From positions 501,289 to 565,288 of the forward strand of contig JAPMXV010000044.1 of the NCBI GenBank assembly GCA_026936335.1: 64,000 nt of DNA. Direction: 5' to 3'. The DNA comes from Mantamonas sphyraenae STR306. Its lineage: Eukaryota; Protista; CRuMs. The notes beneath the pieces were generated by a model. The model did not search any database and had not been told where the DNA came from. It worked only from the letters and a program-made list of their open reading frames with translations. A program made the translations under genes and the position numbers. Positions 1-10,865 of this stretch are shown here, piece by piece (within the stretch, counting starts at the first letter, position 1; each line of letters opens with the position of its first letter).

Positions 1-1
1 A

Positions 2-863
2 GAACGAATGAGCCGCAAGGGAGTGCTGGACAGCATCATCGAGCCCATCAAGAAGTAAGAGCGTGTGTATGCGTGTGTGTGTGCATGCGTCTTGCACAAC
101 CATACGCTCTGTGCAAAGATTTGGAGAACGATTCGCGGTCTGAATCCGGCCATGCGCTGACACTCACCGTTCACCCGCTCGCGTTCCCCCTGGCCACGTT
201 CCAACCACCCGGCTTTGTGCACCTCACCTCACTTCCGCCTGAATCCTGCAAAGACGTGTGCTTCTCAACGTGGAGGCTGTCGACGCCATTCCCAGCACAT
301 CATACCGCTCGCCCAAGCCTTAGTACGTGAGAGGGCTTCCGCCTTGGCGCCGCTTCCTCGGTCGCCTTTCCCCAGCCTGCCCACCTTCCCCTGCATCTTC
401 CCACGTCTTGCTTCGGCCGTACAACGGTGCTGGCCTTTGCCGTGATTATCCAAACACGTCAAGGGCCCCAAGTCGGCTTGCGTGTGGGCCCTGTGTGCGC
501 GACGGCGGCGTCTGACTCGCATCGTACACCCGCTCCTGCACCCACAGCGAGGTGTCCAAGCCTCTGTACGGCCCCAGCCAGAACTCATCGCTTGCAGCCA
601 ACCGCTACCATGTGCGTGATAGCCGACGCATCGTCGAGCGACCCATCGTCATGTCCCTGGACAACCTCGACGGAAAGGCCAGCTCCCAGGAGAATGCCGA
701 GGGTGAGAGTGTACCCGCAGACCAGCACGAGTTTGACGGCGCTGCTGACCTCAGCGGGCACACGCCAGCCTTTGTCAACACCGACCTCACTGAGCTCCTG
801 TCCTCCAACTTGCCTCCCGTACCTGGCACAAACCCCATGGCCCTGTTCCGCTCCGCAGAGTGA
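2..863 (+). CDS. 3' part of an unknown protein (partial; exons 2-54, 254-322, 548-863)
   Basis: Donors GTAAGA (55) and GTACGT (323) and acceptors TGCAAAG (253) and CCCACAG (547) join in frame to give ...ERMSRKGVLDSIIEPIKKRVLLNVEAVDAIPSTSYRSPKPYEVSKPLYGP...MALFRSAE*. No family recognised. Confidence 0.5.
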
Positions 864-940
864 TCCATGTGCATGTACGACGTCCACACAACAAAAAGAA
901 TCCATTTCATCATCCTCTTTGCTCATTGCCTGCACTCTCG

Positions 941-2325
941 CTACGACTTGAACGCGGGGTCACGCACCTCCCGATCGGGCTGGTACTTCTGCCGAAACGA
1001 GCCGTAGTTCTTGTTGGCCTTGCCCGCCACAAACGGGTCATACTCCTCGTCTTCATCCTCATCTGCCTGCACCAGCCCCTCGCGCAGATCGGAAAAGTCC
1101 ACCGTCTGCTGATACTTGTAGTTCTGGTAGTGCACCCGCTCGGGCATCAGTTTCAGCGCAATTGCGTCCACAATTGCCGTCGCCACGCTCAGCAATGCCA
1201 TTCCAGACACAAACTGCAGCAGCGTGGTCTGCACATCCGGCCAACCCAGCTGTCCAGACATCAGAAACACCACACGCACGCCGTGACGGTTCAGCACAAT
1301 CCGTTCTCCCGGGTAGTCCTTGTACAACACCTGTTCCACCTTGTACTCAGCCCCAGGAATGATGCTCAGATCGTAGGTGTAGTTCACCTTGCGAAAGTCG
1401 TACGTCAGCTCGTTCGTATAGATGATTTCAAACACCACAACAATTCCGTCGTACCGGTTCGTGGAATTGCCCGGATTGCTCGTCGACGACGCGTCCAGGT
1501 CGATCTTTCCACTTTCCAAAAGCTTGCCAAGCGAAAAAATATCTCCCTTCAGGATTCCCAGCCTGCACTTGTTGTCCTTGTCGTCATCACACAACTCGAT
1601 CGCGTCGCCGTCCTCGTTCCGCAGCACGCCTGTCATGTTACGCATGTTGGCATGAACTCCGATGGTGCGAGTGCGCACTGCGTGGTCAACCATAATCGTG
1701 TACGACTCGATGTCCGCCAAATACAGCTCGGGCCCGGCGATTTTGGGGAACCGGCAGGTTGGGTCCTCCCTCGAACAGTTGATGTTCTGTCTGGCTTCCT
1801 GCACACGCGTTGCTATGAACATCGATTGTTCCTCTTCCTCCGGATACAACGCGTCCAGTTCGTCCCAATATTGGCACGGCAAAGGGTTCGCTTTCGCCGC
1901 CGGGTTGCGCGAGCAGTAATTGAACGTATCCGGCTGTGCGAAATGCTTCGGCGACTTGAGACTCGATCGAATCGTGCCAATAGGACCCTCTCCTGCGCAT
2001 GCGCGTCATGTCAGCTCGGTTTCACCTCCCAAACGCGACATTCCCCGCGACGGCGTGGATTTCGGCGCGCGACCGGCCTCGTTCGCCCGCCGCTCACACG
2101 CGCGCACTCACGTTTCAAAAACCCCCTTCGCAAAAACAGCACCACACCGATGATGTAGAACGTAATCAGCAACTGAAAGACATAGTGCAAGATGCCCAGC
2201 CGCCGGTCTTTGATGCTCACAAACTTGATCGTCTTGTACGCAAAGATCTCGTCTGGATCATGATGCTGGAAGAACTTGCGGCACGGTCGACAAGGATCCA
2301 GGTCCTGAAACACGCCAAACACCAT
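941..2325 (-). CDS. P2X purinoreceptor (ATP-gated ion channel), Dictyostelium-like; exons 2325-2112, 1992-941
   Basis: N-terminal YKTIK (YxTxK) and DRRLGILHY followed by TM1; GPIGTIRSSLK; RHGVRVVFLMSGQLG before TM2 (LLQFVSGMALLSVATAIVD); post-TM2 YQNYK (YxxxK). Intron 1993-2111 (GTGAGT...GCTGAC...CAG) joins two ORFs in frame. Confidence 0.92.
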
Positions 2326-2386
2326 GGAGAAACGGAAGAGACGGGCTGGCTACCCTGGCGCGAATCGACAATCGTGCATTCTTTCC

Positions 2387-5300
2387 TCACCGCCTGTCCA
2401 CAGGGTACACCACAATCCCCTCGTCGGACATCTTCAATGCAATGCGTGCACTGCTACTGCGACGCATGCCCTTCTCTCCGGTCGACGATGATGCCTTGCG
2501 GGAACGAACGGACGACGACCGCCGCATCCCCTTTTCACTCCCCACGCTACTGTTGCTCGTGCTACGCGTCATGCTTCGGTTCGAAGGCTTGCGTTTGAGC
2601 GATTCTCGTCGCTCACTCATTCGCCGATCGTCCACGGACAGCGAATTCGTCGAGGTCAACGCCGCTGCCGCCGCTGCTGCCGCCAGATCCTCCTCTGTCA
2701 GCTCCCCGTCTCCTCCTCCTCCTTCTTGCGCCTTGAGCATGCCCATGCTCATCAGAGACACCATTTCCTCGCTAAACTGCAATCGCCGCGCTTCGCCAAA
2801 GAGCATGTGGTCCGCAATTAGCCCCATGCCTCCAGCCCTGTTGTCCTCGCCCCGCACATGTTTCACCACCGCCTCTGAGCACAGAATCTCGCCTCTTGCT
2901 GCGTTGGTCATCATCGCTTCCATCACTCGCACTCCAAACCCGTGCACCTGGAAACTCGGCTGCGGGGATTGGAACAGTCCAACATGGCATGGGCTCGCGT
3001 GCATCACCACAGACACGTTGAACGCAGTCTTTGTCGACAAGCCTGGAATTTGCTGTTTGCGCAGGCGTCTGCACACCTCCTGGATGCGTTTCGCTGCAAG
3101 AACCGCCGACAGACACATCATTGCCCCGCTCAGCTCAAAGTACGGCGGTCCAAACACGCACCACACTCGGTTGTCTGCGCTGCTTACCACCACGCCCTCC
3201 TTTTCGTGCACAATCTCCTGCACCACACTCGCAAACACCTCGTTCATCCGATGTGCCGCTGCCGGGTTCTTGGACAGTCTGCCCATGCGTTTGCTCTCCG
3301 TACTCCCAAAGTGAAAGCTGCGCAGCTCCACCATCATGTTCACCACCGTCTTGCATCTGGGGAACAGTGTGTCCTCCATGTTGCTGTCCCGCATCAGCTC
3401 CTCCACAATGTCACTCGGAAAGTGCCGAAACAGTTTCCCAAACGCTATCCCCGTCCGCGCGATCTGCTGGCCCACCTCATGCTTCCAGATGCGCAGAAAC
3501 TCCGTCACCTCCACATGGTGGAACGACGCCTTGGCCATGCTCCCACTGCCCTGCTGTTTCTCCCCTCCTCCGCCTGCCTGCTTGAAACTCGTACCGCGAC
3601 TGGCCTCGTTCTCGTCGCTCTCCTCCTCCCCCTTGTTGCCGTTGCTGCTCTTGTTCTGCGTCTCCTTTCCCTTCTCACCCTCTCCTTTGCTTCCGCCACT
3701 GCTGCTCCCTCCCAATCCCTTGACCTCCTCCCCGTCACCGTTCCCTTCCCCGCCTCCTTCCCCTTCCCCATCCTCTTCGCCTCCTTTCTTGCCATGCTTC
3801 ACATCCGCCACCTCCATCACAAGCTTTCCGCGCACAGCTCCGCTCTTGTACGTGCCTCTGTCCTGATCACGTCTCTGCAGCACCAGCAGCGCATTTGTTA
3901 GTTCGTTGTTGCCCACGTTGAAGGGCATGTGGTGCATGTGCTTGCTGCTGTCGTTGCTTGTGTTCTCCAGCCCAAAGCGCTTGCGCACCGCGTCGACGTG
4001 CTTGGGTTTGGTCATTGCCACCCACTGCGAGCGTGCCACCACAATCCCTGGTTCCGTGGGCCTCATGTCGTTCAGCGAGTTGCGTGTCACCGTCCCGTTG
4101 CGCAGCGCCACGTAGTGCAACACCACTCCCTCTTCCGCCTCCTCATTCTCCAACGACGCTCCACTCTCCAGCAGCGACTGGATGCGCCGCCCTCGCGATC
4201 CTGGTCTTCCCGTGCCCACCGTGCTTCCACGCCGGCCAGTCGTCCCGTTGTTCGTTTGCTCCTCGTCGCTTTTCAGGCCATGCAACCGCAACACCGTCTC
4301 AAATTCCGACCCGCCCCCTTCTGCGCCCGGGTCTTGCGAACGGAAGCTGCTCCCACGAGCGTCGCTCTCCTCCTTGCCCGACTTGCGCCTTCCGGCCTTG
4401 CGTTGATCCTTGTCTTCAGCCTTGGACGACGGACTGCCTGCCAGGTCTCCATCTTGCTCGTCATCATCATCATCCTCAGCCGTCGAGTCTGTGATCCGCA
4501 GCTCATCCAGCATGGTTGCCATGCTCACTCTCGTGCGTGTTCGCGTGTCCATGTCCGTCACACTCACACTGTGCCGCCTGGAGTTGGCTTGACGAGCCAA
4601 ACGGGCCTGAGCGGGCGAAACAAGCACACTGTTGTTGTTGCTGCTACTGCTGCTGCTGCTGCTGCTTGCTCCACCTCGGCTTCCCTGCACCGTAACTCGC
4701 GGCGACAACAACGCGTTCATGTGAGTACTCTTGGATCCGTCCCGAAAACCATTTTGCGGCTGCACAGACAACCTTCGTCCTGCTTGACCGCCCACCAACG
4801 ACTGGTGACGGCTTTGCAGTTTTCCCTCAATCGGGTCGTTCAGCAACTCGCTCATGGGATTGTGCACCTCGCCGTCAACACCCCCAGGCAGCAGGTCGAA
4901 CATGTGTCGCCGATCGTCGTCCAGTACGTACACAAACAGGCACGAGCTGACCCCCATTTCGGCACACATCAACTGCAATGACGCAATGATGCCGTTCTGC
5001 AGCCGTTCCAGATTCATCGGCGTCACAAACTCGCGCACAATCCTCGTGCGAAGCCCGCTCAGTCGTCGTTTGCGAGCCAGCATGCGCATGGTCTCGGACG
5101 TACTCACGGCGTGACACCATTCCCGAAGGAGCACGGGAAGCACGTTGGAAATCTGCATACTCTGCGTGTCATGCACGGTGTGTCCTTCCAGACTCATCTT
5201 CCGCCGCGATCGGCGCGACCGACGTTCCTCCGCCTGAAACGTGAAATTGGATGGCAGAAGCAACGAGTTCAGCTGCTCCGCACGCTCTTGGCCTGCTTCC

Positions 5301-8300
5301 AGCTCCGGCAACACCGTGTACAACACGGCCACACCCGTCACGTTGCCCATTGCGTCCTCAAGGTGAGCTCCCACGCAGTACTGGTGCTCCATCTCCCTGA
5401 AAAACGGCTTGCGCAAGTTGGTTCTCGCTGCGACAGTGCTCAACGGTGCCTCGAAGCACTCTCGCAAGGTTTTCGCCCATGGCTCCCCGCTTCGGTGACG
5501 GTATGTCTTTTGCTTGCCCGTCTCGTCGTACGTGCGCACACTCATGGACACCCTACCGAATCCCATTCCCAGCAGCATGTGCTCAAAGTGCACAAACATC
5601 TCCGACAACAGGTCGCCCGTCGATTTCAACGCAACTGCAACCTCCTGGAGCGCCTCTTCATACCTCCGCTCGTGGCTTCGTGCAAGTACCTCTGCGTTGC
5701 GCTGTTTCGTCAGCCGTTTGATGTTTCGGTGTTCATGCTCCAGCTCCGATTTCAAGTCGGCGATTTGGCTCTGCAGCTGGTACACCAGCCTGTCCTTCGA
5801 CATAATCTCCATCGTCTTCTCCAGCAGCTGCTGTTTCAGCTGCCTCTTGGATCGCGGCTGCTTCAGCTTGTTCACCATCTTGACCGCGTTGAACGTGTTC
5901 CGCAGCCTCGAGCTGGCCTCACTCGGCCCTTCTTCAGTTGAGTCCATGCTGCTCCCGCTTCCCGATTGGTTCATCATTCCCTCCTCGTTCTGCTCTCGCC
6001 GCTCCTGAGCATGCTGCTCCTGTGCCACACCTTCTCCCCACTCCGATCCACCTGTCGTTGCCTTGGCTGTGTCCACACTTCCTCGGCGAGCTACACGGGG
6101 CTTCTCCACGCTCCCGCCCTTGACCCCATCTGTCTCGTCTCCCACTCTGCTTTGTGGTGTCGATTTGGCCATTCTCAGCGGGCCCTGAGCCGGCTCTTGA
6201 GACGCTCCCTCTTCGGCACTCGCACTCTGCTGTACGTGTTCCGCAGCCTTCCATGTCCCATCCACAGCATCTGACATGATGTCTCCCAACGATCGCCTGC
6301 TGCCATCCGTTGCTTCCAGATGGATGGATGGCCTACGCGACCCGCCAGGTGAGGCAACCGACGCAGGTGTCGATGGCGAGACGCTGTCCTCATCGTCAGA
6401 CCACACAGAGTCCATCGTGCGTCCACGTGCACTCGGAGGTGTCATCCGGTACTCGCTCAGCTGCGCGTACAGAGCGTCCGCGTGCACGCCTTCGCGCTTG
6501 CCATTTCCTCCGCTTGGTCGCACAGGTTGCTCTGTCACGGCTCCATCCCGAACGCTTTGGTGACTTGACGATGTTTGCATCGAGCGCTGGTCCAACGTAG
6601 GAGTCTTGCCCAGAGACATGAGCGAGTCCTGCGACGAATTGCGCCTGCGTCGTCGAACAGGCCCATCCCGGCCGTCCGGAAACGCAATATCACTGCGCGA
6701 ATCCAGGTCTCGGTGGACCTCGGACTGTGTTTGAAGGTGGAACGAGCGTTCCAGCCGCCCTTTGTCCTCTGTCTCCAGAGACATGCGCCGGATGTTTGCT
6801 CGTTTCCAATCCGTCGTTGCGTCGTACGAGTCGGCCACCCCGGCAAGTTCGGGCAGCGTTTCCAACGTACTGCTTCGCCGTCGACCTCTTCTGCCCACCG
6901 CTGCATCTTCTTGTTGCCTGGCCAACTCCTCCTTCTCTCTCTGGTAGTCGCTCCACAATTTCCGTTGCGGCACCGCCTTGCTCTCCGGCTCCGCGGCGCT
7001 CTTGGAGGCGCCTCCACTCACCTCATTGTTGCCAATCCCTGTGTGCCGCGGCGTACTCTGTTGCCCCTTGCGCCTGTGCTCTGTTTGTGGACGTCGCCGA
7101 GGCCTGGCAGTGTTGTTCTCGTCATGAGGTGTGTCCTTGGCGTGCGTCGAGCCAGACCCCGCTCCATGACTCGTCTTGAGTCGTCTTGCGCTTCCAGCGA
7201 AAGGTGATCTCCGGTGTGCCGGAGTTTGTGTCAACGGCGCCATCCCCTCCAGCTGCTTGCCCAAATCCAACGTGCTCAAACCACCGGTTCCCAGTCCGCC
7301 CGGCGTGGCTCCCTTTCGAGTGCCCGACCTGCGATTATGCACGCGGCTGGGAGGGCGGGGCGTGCTGTGTGCCCCACGCTCACCCTGCTCTTCCATTTCC
7401 TCCAGCCCCAACATCGCTTCACCAGCCGTCCGCGACGGCGCTCGCGGAGTCGGCGTCGGCGACTTGCTTTGTTTACGTGTGGGCAGTGTCGTGCGCAGCG
7501 AATAGTGCTGCATGTTGGACCCCGGCTTGCCTGCATCGCTCTTGAGTGCCGGCAAGGTCGTCTTGGAGCTGCTGGAGGTGGTTCCCTTTCCAGTTTGCCT
7601 TCGCAGTGCCCCCGGGTTCTGTCCGCCCACTTCCATTGGTCCGGCATCTTTCTTCTTGGCCACACGCTCTGCCGTATTGTGTCCCCCCGGGCCGGCCCTC
7701 TTCTTGGCTGCCTTTTTGCGTCGGGCCAATCGCGCCTGCCGCTTCTCTTCCATGGCCTGCGCCTCCAGCTTGCTCTGCAGTGATTTCATCACAGATGACA
7801 CATTCACACGCATCATGTCCCCATCTTGAGCTTGAGAGCTACTCTGTGCCACCGAGGTACCTTCCAATTTCTGATCCTTTGGCTCCTGCACCCGCACGCG
7901 ACTCGATGTCGCCTTGTCCGCCCTCTTGGCTCCCTCTTTGGTCACTTCCTTGCCCATCATCTCGCTTTTCTTTTCAATGGTTGCCTTTGCTGTCCTTGTC
8001 GCCGAACCAGTGGCAACCCGTCCGGAGGTTGCTGCGCCTCCGGTCCGGCCAGCCACACGCCCTTCCGTCTCGCTGCGCACGTTGCCTACCCCCAACACTT
8101 GCTTGCTTGCCGCTCCAGCTTGTTTTTCTTGCCTGTGGTCCTTCTTGAGCGGTGTATGATACTCCTGTTGCGCGGCATCGGCTCCAGCCTGCAGCTGTTT
8201 GCCGTCCAGATCTACCCGCAGTCGCATGCCCTTCTGCTCTTCACGTAGTTTGGCCACAGTGTCCATCACTTCTTTGGACACCTGAAGCGAGCCCTTGCTG

Positions 8301-10774
8301 CCTTCGGTCGCAAGCGCTGTGCTCAGGGCACCATCGTGTGATGGGATTCCCGCTCGGGTTAGTCGGGCCGAACTGGGACCTGAGCGGCTCTGAGCCTGCG
8401 CCGTCTCTGATTTCTTCTTTGCCAGCTGTGAGCTCAGACGTGCAGCCGCAATCGCCCTGCTTTGTTCCTCGTCGTCATCTTCGTCGTCTGACGACTCAGG
8501 CGAAAGCAGCGCAGAGACGCGTTCAATCTTGTGGACCACCACAATCCCCTGCCCATCGTCTTCTCCATCGCTGTTGTCTCCATCGTTGTCCCGTGCACTG
8601 TTCTTGGTATCGGTTCGTTGCGAGGTGCTTGTCGTACCGGTAGACGACGCGCGCTCCTTTCTCTGGCCCGGTTCCGTCCCACTGGGTCTGCCAGAATTAC
8701 TCTCCTCCTCTCCTTCGTCTTCGTCGTCCCGAGAGGCAAATTCCTGCATGTGCTTGGCAATGAGATCGTCGTCTCGCTCTTTGGGAGTCTTTGGGCGGCT
8801 CCTCGCGCTAGCGTGTGATTCCGCTGCTGTGTTCGCATTGAGTACCGACTGCAACGTGGTGTGGCTGTTTGAGCGTGATCGGTTGGCGACGTTCGATGTG
8901 CCGGCGCTTTGGGTGTCGCTGTCTTCCGACTCGGAACTGCCTGCGCTGCTCATGCTGAACGAGCGCAGCCTCATCTTTCCGCCTGCCTGAAGGAATCCCA
9001 GCATCTCTGAAGCTGGCATGCTCTCCGGTGCCACACCAGACATGCCCCAACCTGTCGACTGCTGCGAGCTGGAACGAACCACCGCACTCTGCGGCTGCTT
9101 GTGTTCGTGCCCACTCCTGTCCTCCAGCTGTTCCTCTTGTGGTTCGTCCTCCTCCACGAGTGCATCCAAGGAACCAAACGAATCTGTGCGTTCCGAATCG
9201 ACCAGGAGGTCGGTCCTATGCGGAATGCGCACGGACGGCAAGTCCTGCTCTTTCTCGCTTTCCAACCCTGATTCTGTACTCTCTTCATCCTCGTCGTCGT
9301 CGTCTGTGTTGTTTTCCTTGGGGTCTTCTTTGGGGTCTTCATGCGTGTGCCCAACCGCCGTGGTTTTAAAGTCTTCGGTTTGCACCAACACGATGTCCTG
9401 TTCTCCCTGCGCATCTGACGCATGGCTAGGCGAACCGATGATCATGATTTCTGGTTCGTGTGCAGGTTGGCTTCCGCGCTTAGCTTGTCCGTCGTGTTGG
9501 AGGGTTGGGCCGGCGGTGCGGCTTGTTCGCCGTTGACCACTGCCACGACCGTCGTGCGCGGTTCCTGACTTTTTGTGGCGCCGTACGCTGTCTGCTGTGT
9601 TCATGTTGTGCGTCAGAGGTCGTGCCTTTGCGTGCTCCTCCACCATCTTTCCAAGGGCAGCCCAGTCCTCGCGGAGGTCTCCACGAGCCGTTGCCGGTTT
9701 CGTGACGCCGTGCAGAGTATACTCGTGCTGCCTTGCTGTGTTCGGAGCACTTTGAGCGCCGTGTTGAGTAGATTCGCCCTGGTCGACACGTGTGCTGATG
9801 AATGGGTTGTCTGTGTACACGGCGGTGTCCTTGTCCGCTTGCACCAGCGTGTCACTGGCGTTGGCATTCAGCATCTTGGCCAAAGGGGCACGGGATTGGC
9901 GCGCCTTGACACGCACTGTTGTCTCCTTGTCGGAAGAGGACACGTGGCCGTACATCTTGCCCTGGTGACTGCGCGAGGGCCCGTGCCGCGCTTGCACCTC
10001 CCCGCTGTCCTTCTTTGTCTCGACATACTGCAGCGACTTGGAGCCACTGCTGCGAATAGCCCGTATTTGGCGCTGTGCCTCGCGCTCTCGTTCGTTGGCT
10101 TCGCGCTGGGCGTTGAAGGACGTGGCGACGCGGTCGGCAAGAGAAGCGGCTGCGTTTGCCCGTTCCATTTCCTGCTCCGCGGCAGCTGCCATCGAGGCCT
10201 CTTGCATCTGCAGCGACCGCCTGCGCAGACGCTCACGCTCAGCCAAGTCAACGTCGTCCATGCTGTCAGACTTGGGACTCTCTGTGGCGTAAGCAGGCAT
10301 TGTCTTTTGGTTGATGAGGAGCAACGGCTCGTCCAGGTCGAGTTCCTGCTCGTTTTCCTGCACCCTTTGCTGGCTGGACAAGCCGCTGCGGCTGCCTGTC
10401 TGTGTGTCCCCGCCACTCTGCGGGCGCTGCGACCTCTGCTGTGCTGCCTCGCGCCTTCGTGCCTCCACCTGGGCTTGCTCGTCCTGCAAGGCTTTCCATA
10501 GCGGGACCGTCACGATCCCCTTGGGGCGCGTCGGCGTGTGGGCATCATGTTGAGAGCGCGAGCCGCCTACGTTGCGCATGCTATCGCCACCGGAGCCTCG
10601 TTCGCTGACTATGGCGTACCCGAGGCCGGCATAGTCAAACTTTGCATCTTCGACCTGGGTCCCTTCAGCAAACCAGGCCGAAGGGTCCGCAACCTTGCTT
10701 TGCTCTACCTGCACCTGCTGACGTAGGCCATCCTCTTCGCTTCGCTCCGTGTCCTGACCACCCGAGGCCTGCAT
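2387..10774 (-). CDS. Large (~2,800 aa) mostly disordered protein with coiled coil, possible GAF-like segments and a degenerate C-terminal class III nucleotidyl cyclase domain
   Basis: Single long ORF; start taken as the ATG at 10774 (alternative 10852). The C-terminus follows the cyclase pattern: FRHFPSDIVEELM...KTVVNMMVELRSF...EGVVVSSADNRVWCVFG...VSVVMHASPCHVG...FQVHGFGVRVMEAM...GEILCSEAV. Confidence 0.75.
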   Translation of the reverse strand: MQASGGQDTERSEEDGLRQQVQVEQSKVADPSAWFAEGTQVEDAKFDYAGLGYAIVSERGSGGDSMRNVGGSRSQHDAHTPTRPKGIVTVPLWKALQDEQAQVEARRREAAQQRSQRPQSGGDTQTGSRSGLSSQQRVQENEQELDLDEPLLLINQKTMPAYATESPKSDSMDDVDLAERERLRRRSLQMQEASMAAAAEQEMERANAAASLADRVATSFNAQREANEREREAQRQIRAIRSSGSKSLQYVETKKDSGEVQARHGPSRSHQGKMYGHVSSSDKETTVRVKARQSRAPLAKMLNANASDTLVQADKDTAVYTDNPFISTRVDQGESTQHGAQSAPNTARQHEYTLHGVTKPATARGDLREDWAALGKMVEEHAKARPLTHNMNTADSVRRHKKSGTAHDGRGSGQRRTSRTAGPTLQHDGQAKRGSQPAHEPEIMIIGSPSHASDAQGEQDIVLVQTEDFKTTAVGHTHEDPKEDPKENNTDDDDEDEESTESGLESEKEQDLPSVRIPHRTDLLVDSERTDSFGSLDALVEEDEPQEEQLEDRSGHEHKQPQSAVVRSSSQQSTGWGMSGVAPESMPASEMLGFLQAGGKMRLRSFSMSSAGSSESEDSDTQSAGTSNVANRSRSNSHTTLQSVLNANTAAESHASARSRPKTPKERDDDLIAKHMQEFASRDDEDEGEEESNSGRPSGTEPGQRKERASSTGTTSTSQRTDTKNSARDNDGDNSDGEDDGQGIVVVHKIERVSALLSPESSDDEDDDEEQSRAIAAARLSSQLAKKKSETAQAQSRSGPSSARLTRAGIPSHDGALSTALATEGSKGSLQVSKEVMDTVAKLREEQKGMRLRVDLDGKQLQAGADAAQQEYHTPLKKDHRQEKQAGAASKQVLGVGNVRSETEGRVAGRTGGAATSGRVATGSATRTAKATIEKKSEMMGKEVTKEGAKRADKATSSRVRVQEPKDQKLEGTSVAQSSSQAQDGDMMRVNVSSVMKSLQSKLEAQAMEEKRQARLARRKKAAKKRAGPGGHNTAERVAKKKDAGPMEVGGQNPGALRRQTGKGTTSSSSKTTLPALKSDAGKPGSNMQHYSLRTTLPTRKQSKSPTPTPRAPSRTAGEAMLGLEEMEEQGERGAHSTPRPPSRVHNRRSGTRKGATPGGLGTGGLSTLDLGKQLEGMAPLTQTPAHRRSPFAGSARRLKTSHGAGSGSTHAKDTPHDENNTARPRRRPQTEHRRKGQQSTPRHTGIGNNEVSGGASKSAAEPESKAVPQRKLWSDYQREKEELARQQEDAAVGRRGRRRSSTLETLPELAGVADSYDATTDWKRANIRRMSLETEDKGRLERSFHLQTQSEVHRDLDSRSDIAFPDGRDGPVRRRRRNSSQDSLMSLGKTPTLDQRSMQTSSSHQSVRDGAVTEQPVRPSGGNGKREGVHADALYAQLSEYRMTPPSARGRTMDSVWSDDEDSVSPSTPASVASPGGSRRPSIHLEATDGSRRSLGDIMSDAVDGTWKAAEHVQQSASAEEGASQEPAQGPLRMAKSTPQSRVGDETDGVKGGSVEKPRVARRGSVDTAKATTGGSEWGEGVAQEQHAQERREQNEEGMMNQSGSGSSMDSTEEGPSEASSRLRNTFNAVKMVNKLKQPRSKRQLKQQLLEKTMEIMSKDRLVYQLQSQIADLKSELEHEHRNIKRLTKQRNAEVLARSHERRYEEALQEVAVALKSTGDLLSEMFVHFEHMLLGMGFGRVSMSVRTYDETGKQKTYRHRSGEPWAKTLRECFEAPLSTVAARTNLRKPFFREMEHQYCVGAHLEDAMGNVTGVAVLYTVLPELEAGQERAEQLNSLLLPSNFTFQAEERRSRRSRRKMSLEGHTVHDTQSMQISNVLPVLLREWCHAVSTSETMRMLARKRRLSGLRTRIVREFVTPMNLERLQNGIIASLQLMCAEMGVSSCLFVYVLDDDRRHMFDLLPGGVDGEVHNPMSELLNDPIEGKLQSRHQSLVGGQAGRRLSVQPQNGFRDGSKSTHMNALLSPRVTVQGSRGGASSSSSSSSSNNNSVLVSPAQARLARQANSRRHSVSVTDMDTRTRTRVSMATMLDELRITDSTAEDDDDDEQDGDLAGSPSSKAEDKDQRKAGRRKSGKEESDARGSSFRSQDPGAEGGGSEFETVLRLHGLKSDEEQTNNGTTGRRGSTVGTGRPGSRGRRIQSLLESGASLENEEAEEGVVLHYVALRNGTVTRNSLNDMRPTEPGIVVARSQWVAMTKPKHVDAVRKRFGLENTSNDSSKHMHHMPFNVGNNELTNALLVLQRRDQDRGTYKSGAVRGKLVMEVADVKHGKKGGEEDGEGEGGGEGNGDGEEVKGLGGSSSGGSKGEGEKGKETQNKSSNGNKGEEESDENEASRGTSFKQAGGGGEKQQGSGSMAKASFHHVEVTEFLRIWKHEVGQQIARTGIAFGKLFRHFPSDIVEELMRDSNMEDTLFPRCKTVVNMMVELRSFHFGSTESKRMGRLSKNPAAAHRMNEVFASVVQEIVHEKEGVVVSSADNRVWCVFGPPYFELSGAMMCLSAVLAAKRIQEVCRRLRKQQIPGLSTKTAFNVSVVMHASPCHVGLFQSPQPSFQVHGFGVRVMEAMMTNAARGEILCSEAVVKHVRGEDNRAGGMGLIADHMLFGEARRLQFSEEMVSLMSMGMLKAQEGGGGDGELTEEDLAAAAAAAALTSTNSLSVDDRRMSERRESLKRKPSNRSMTRSTSNSSVGSEKGMRRSSSVRSRKASSSTGEKGMRRSSSARIALKMSDEGIVVYPVDRR

Positions 10775-10865
10775 GGGTCGGGTTGTTGGCGTCGGAAATT
10801 GTTTTGGCAGAACCGGAGTGGCGTGGTGGCAAAAGGCTTGCGTTGATTGCATTTTGATGCTGCGA

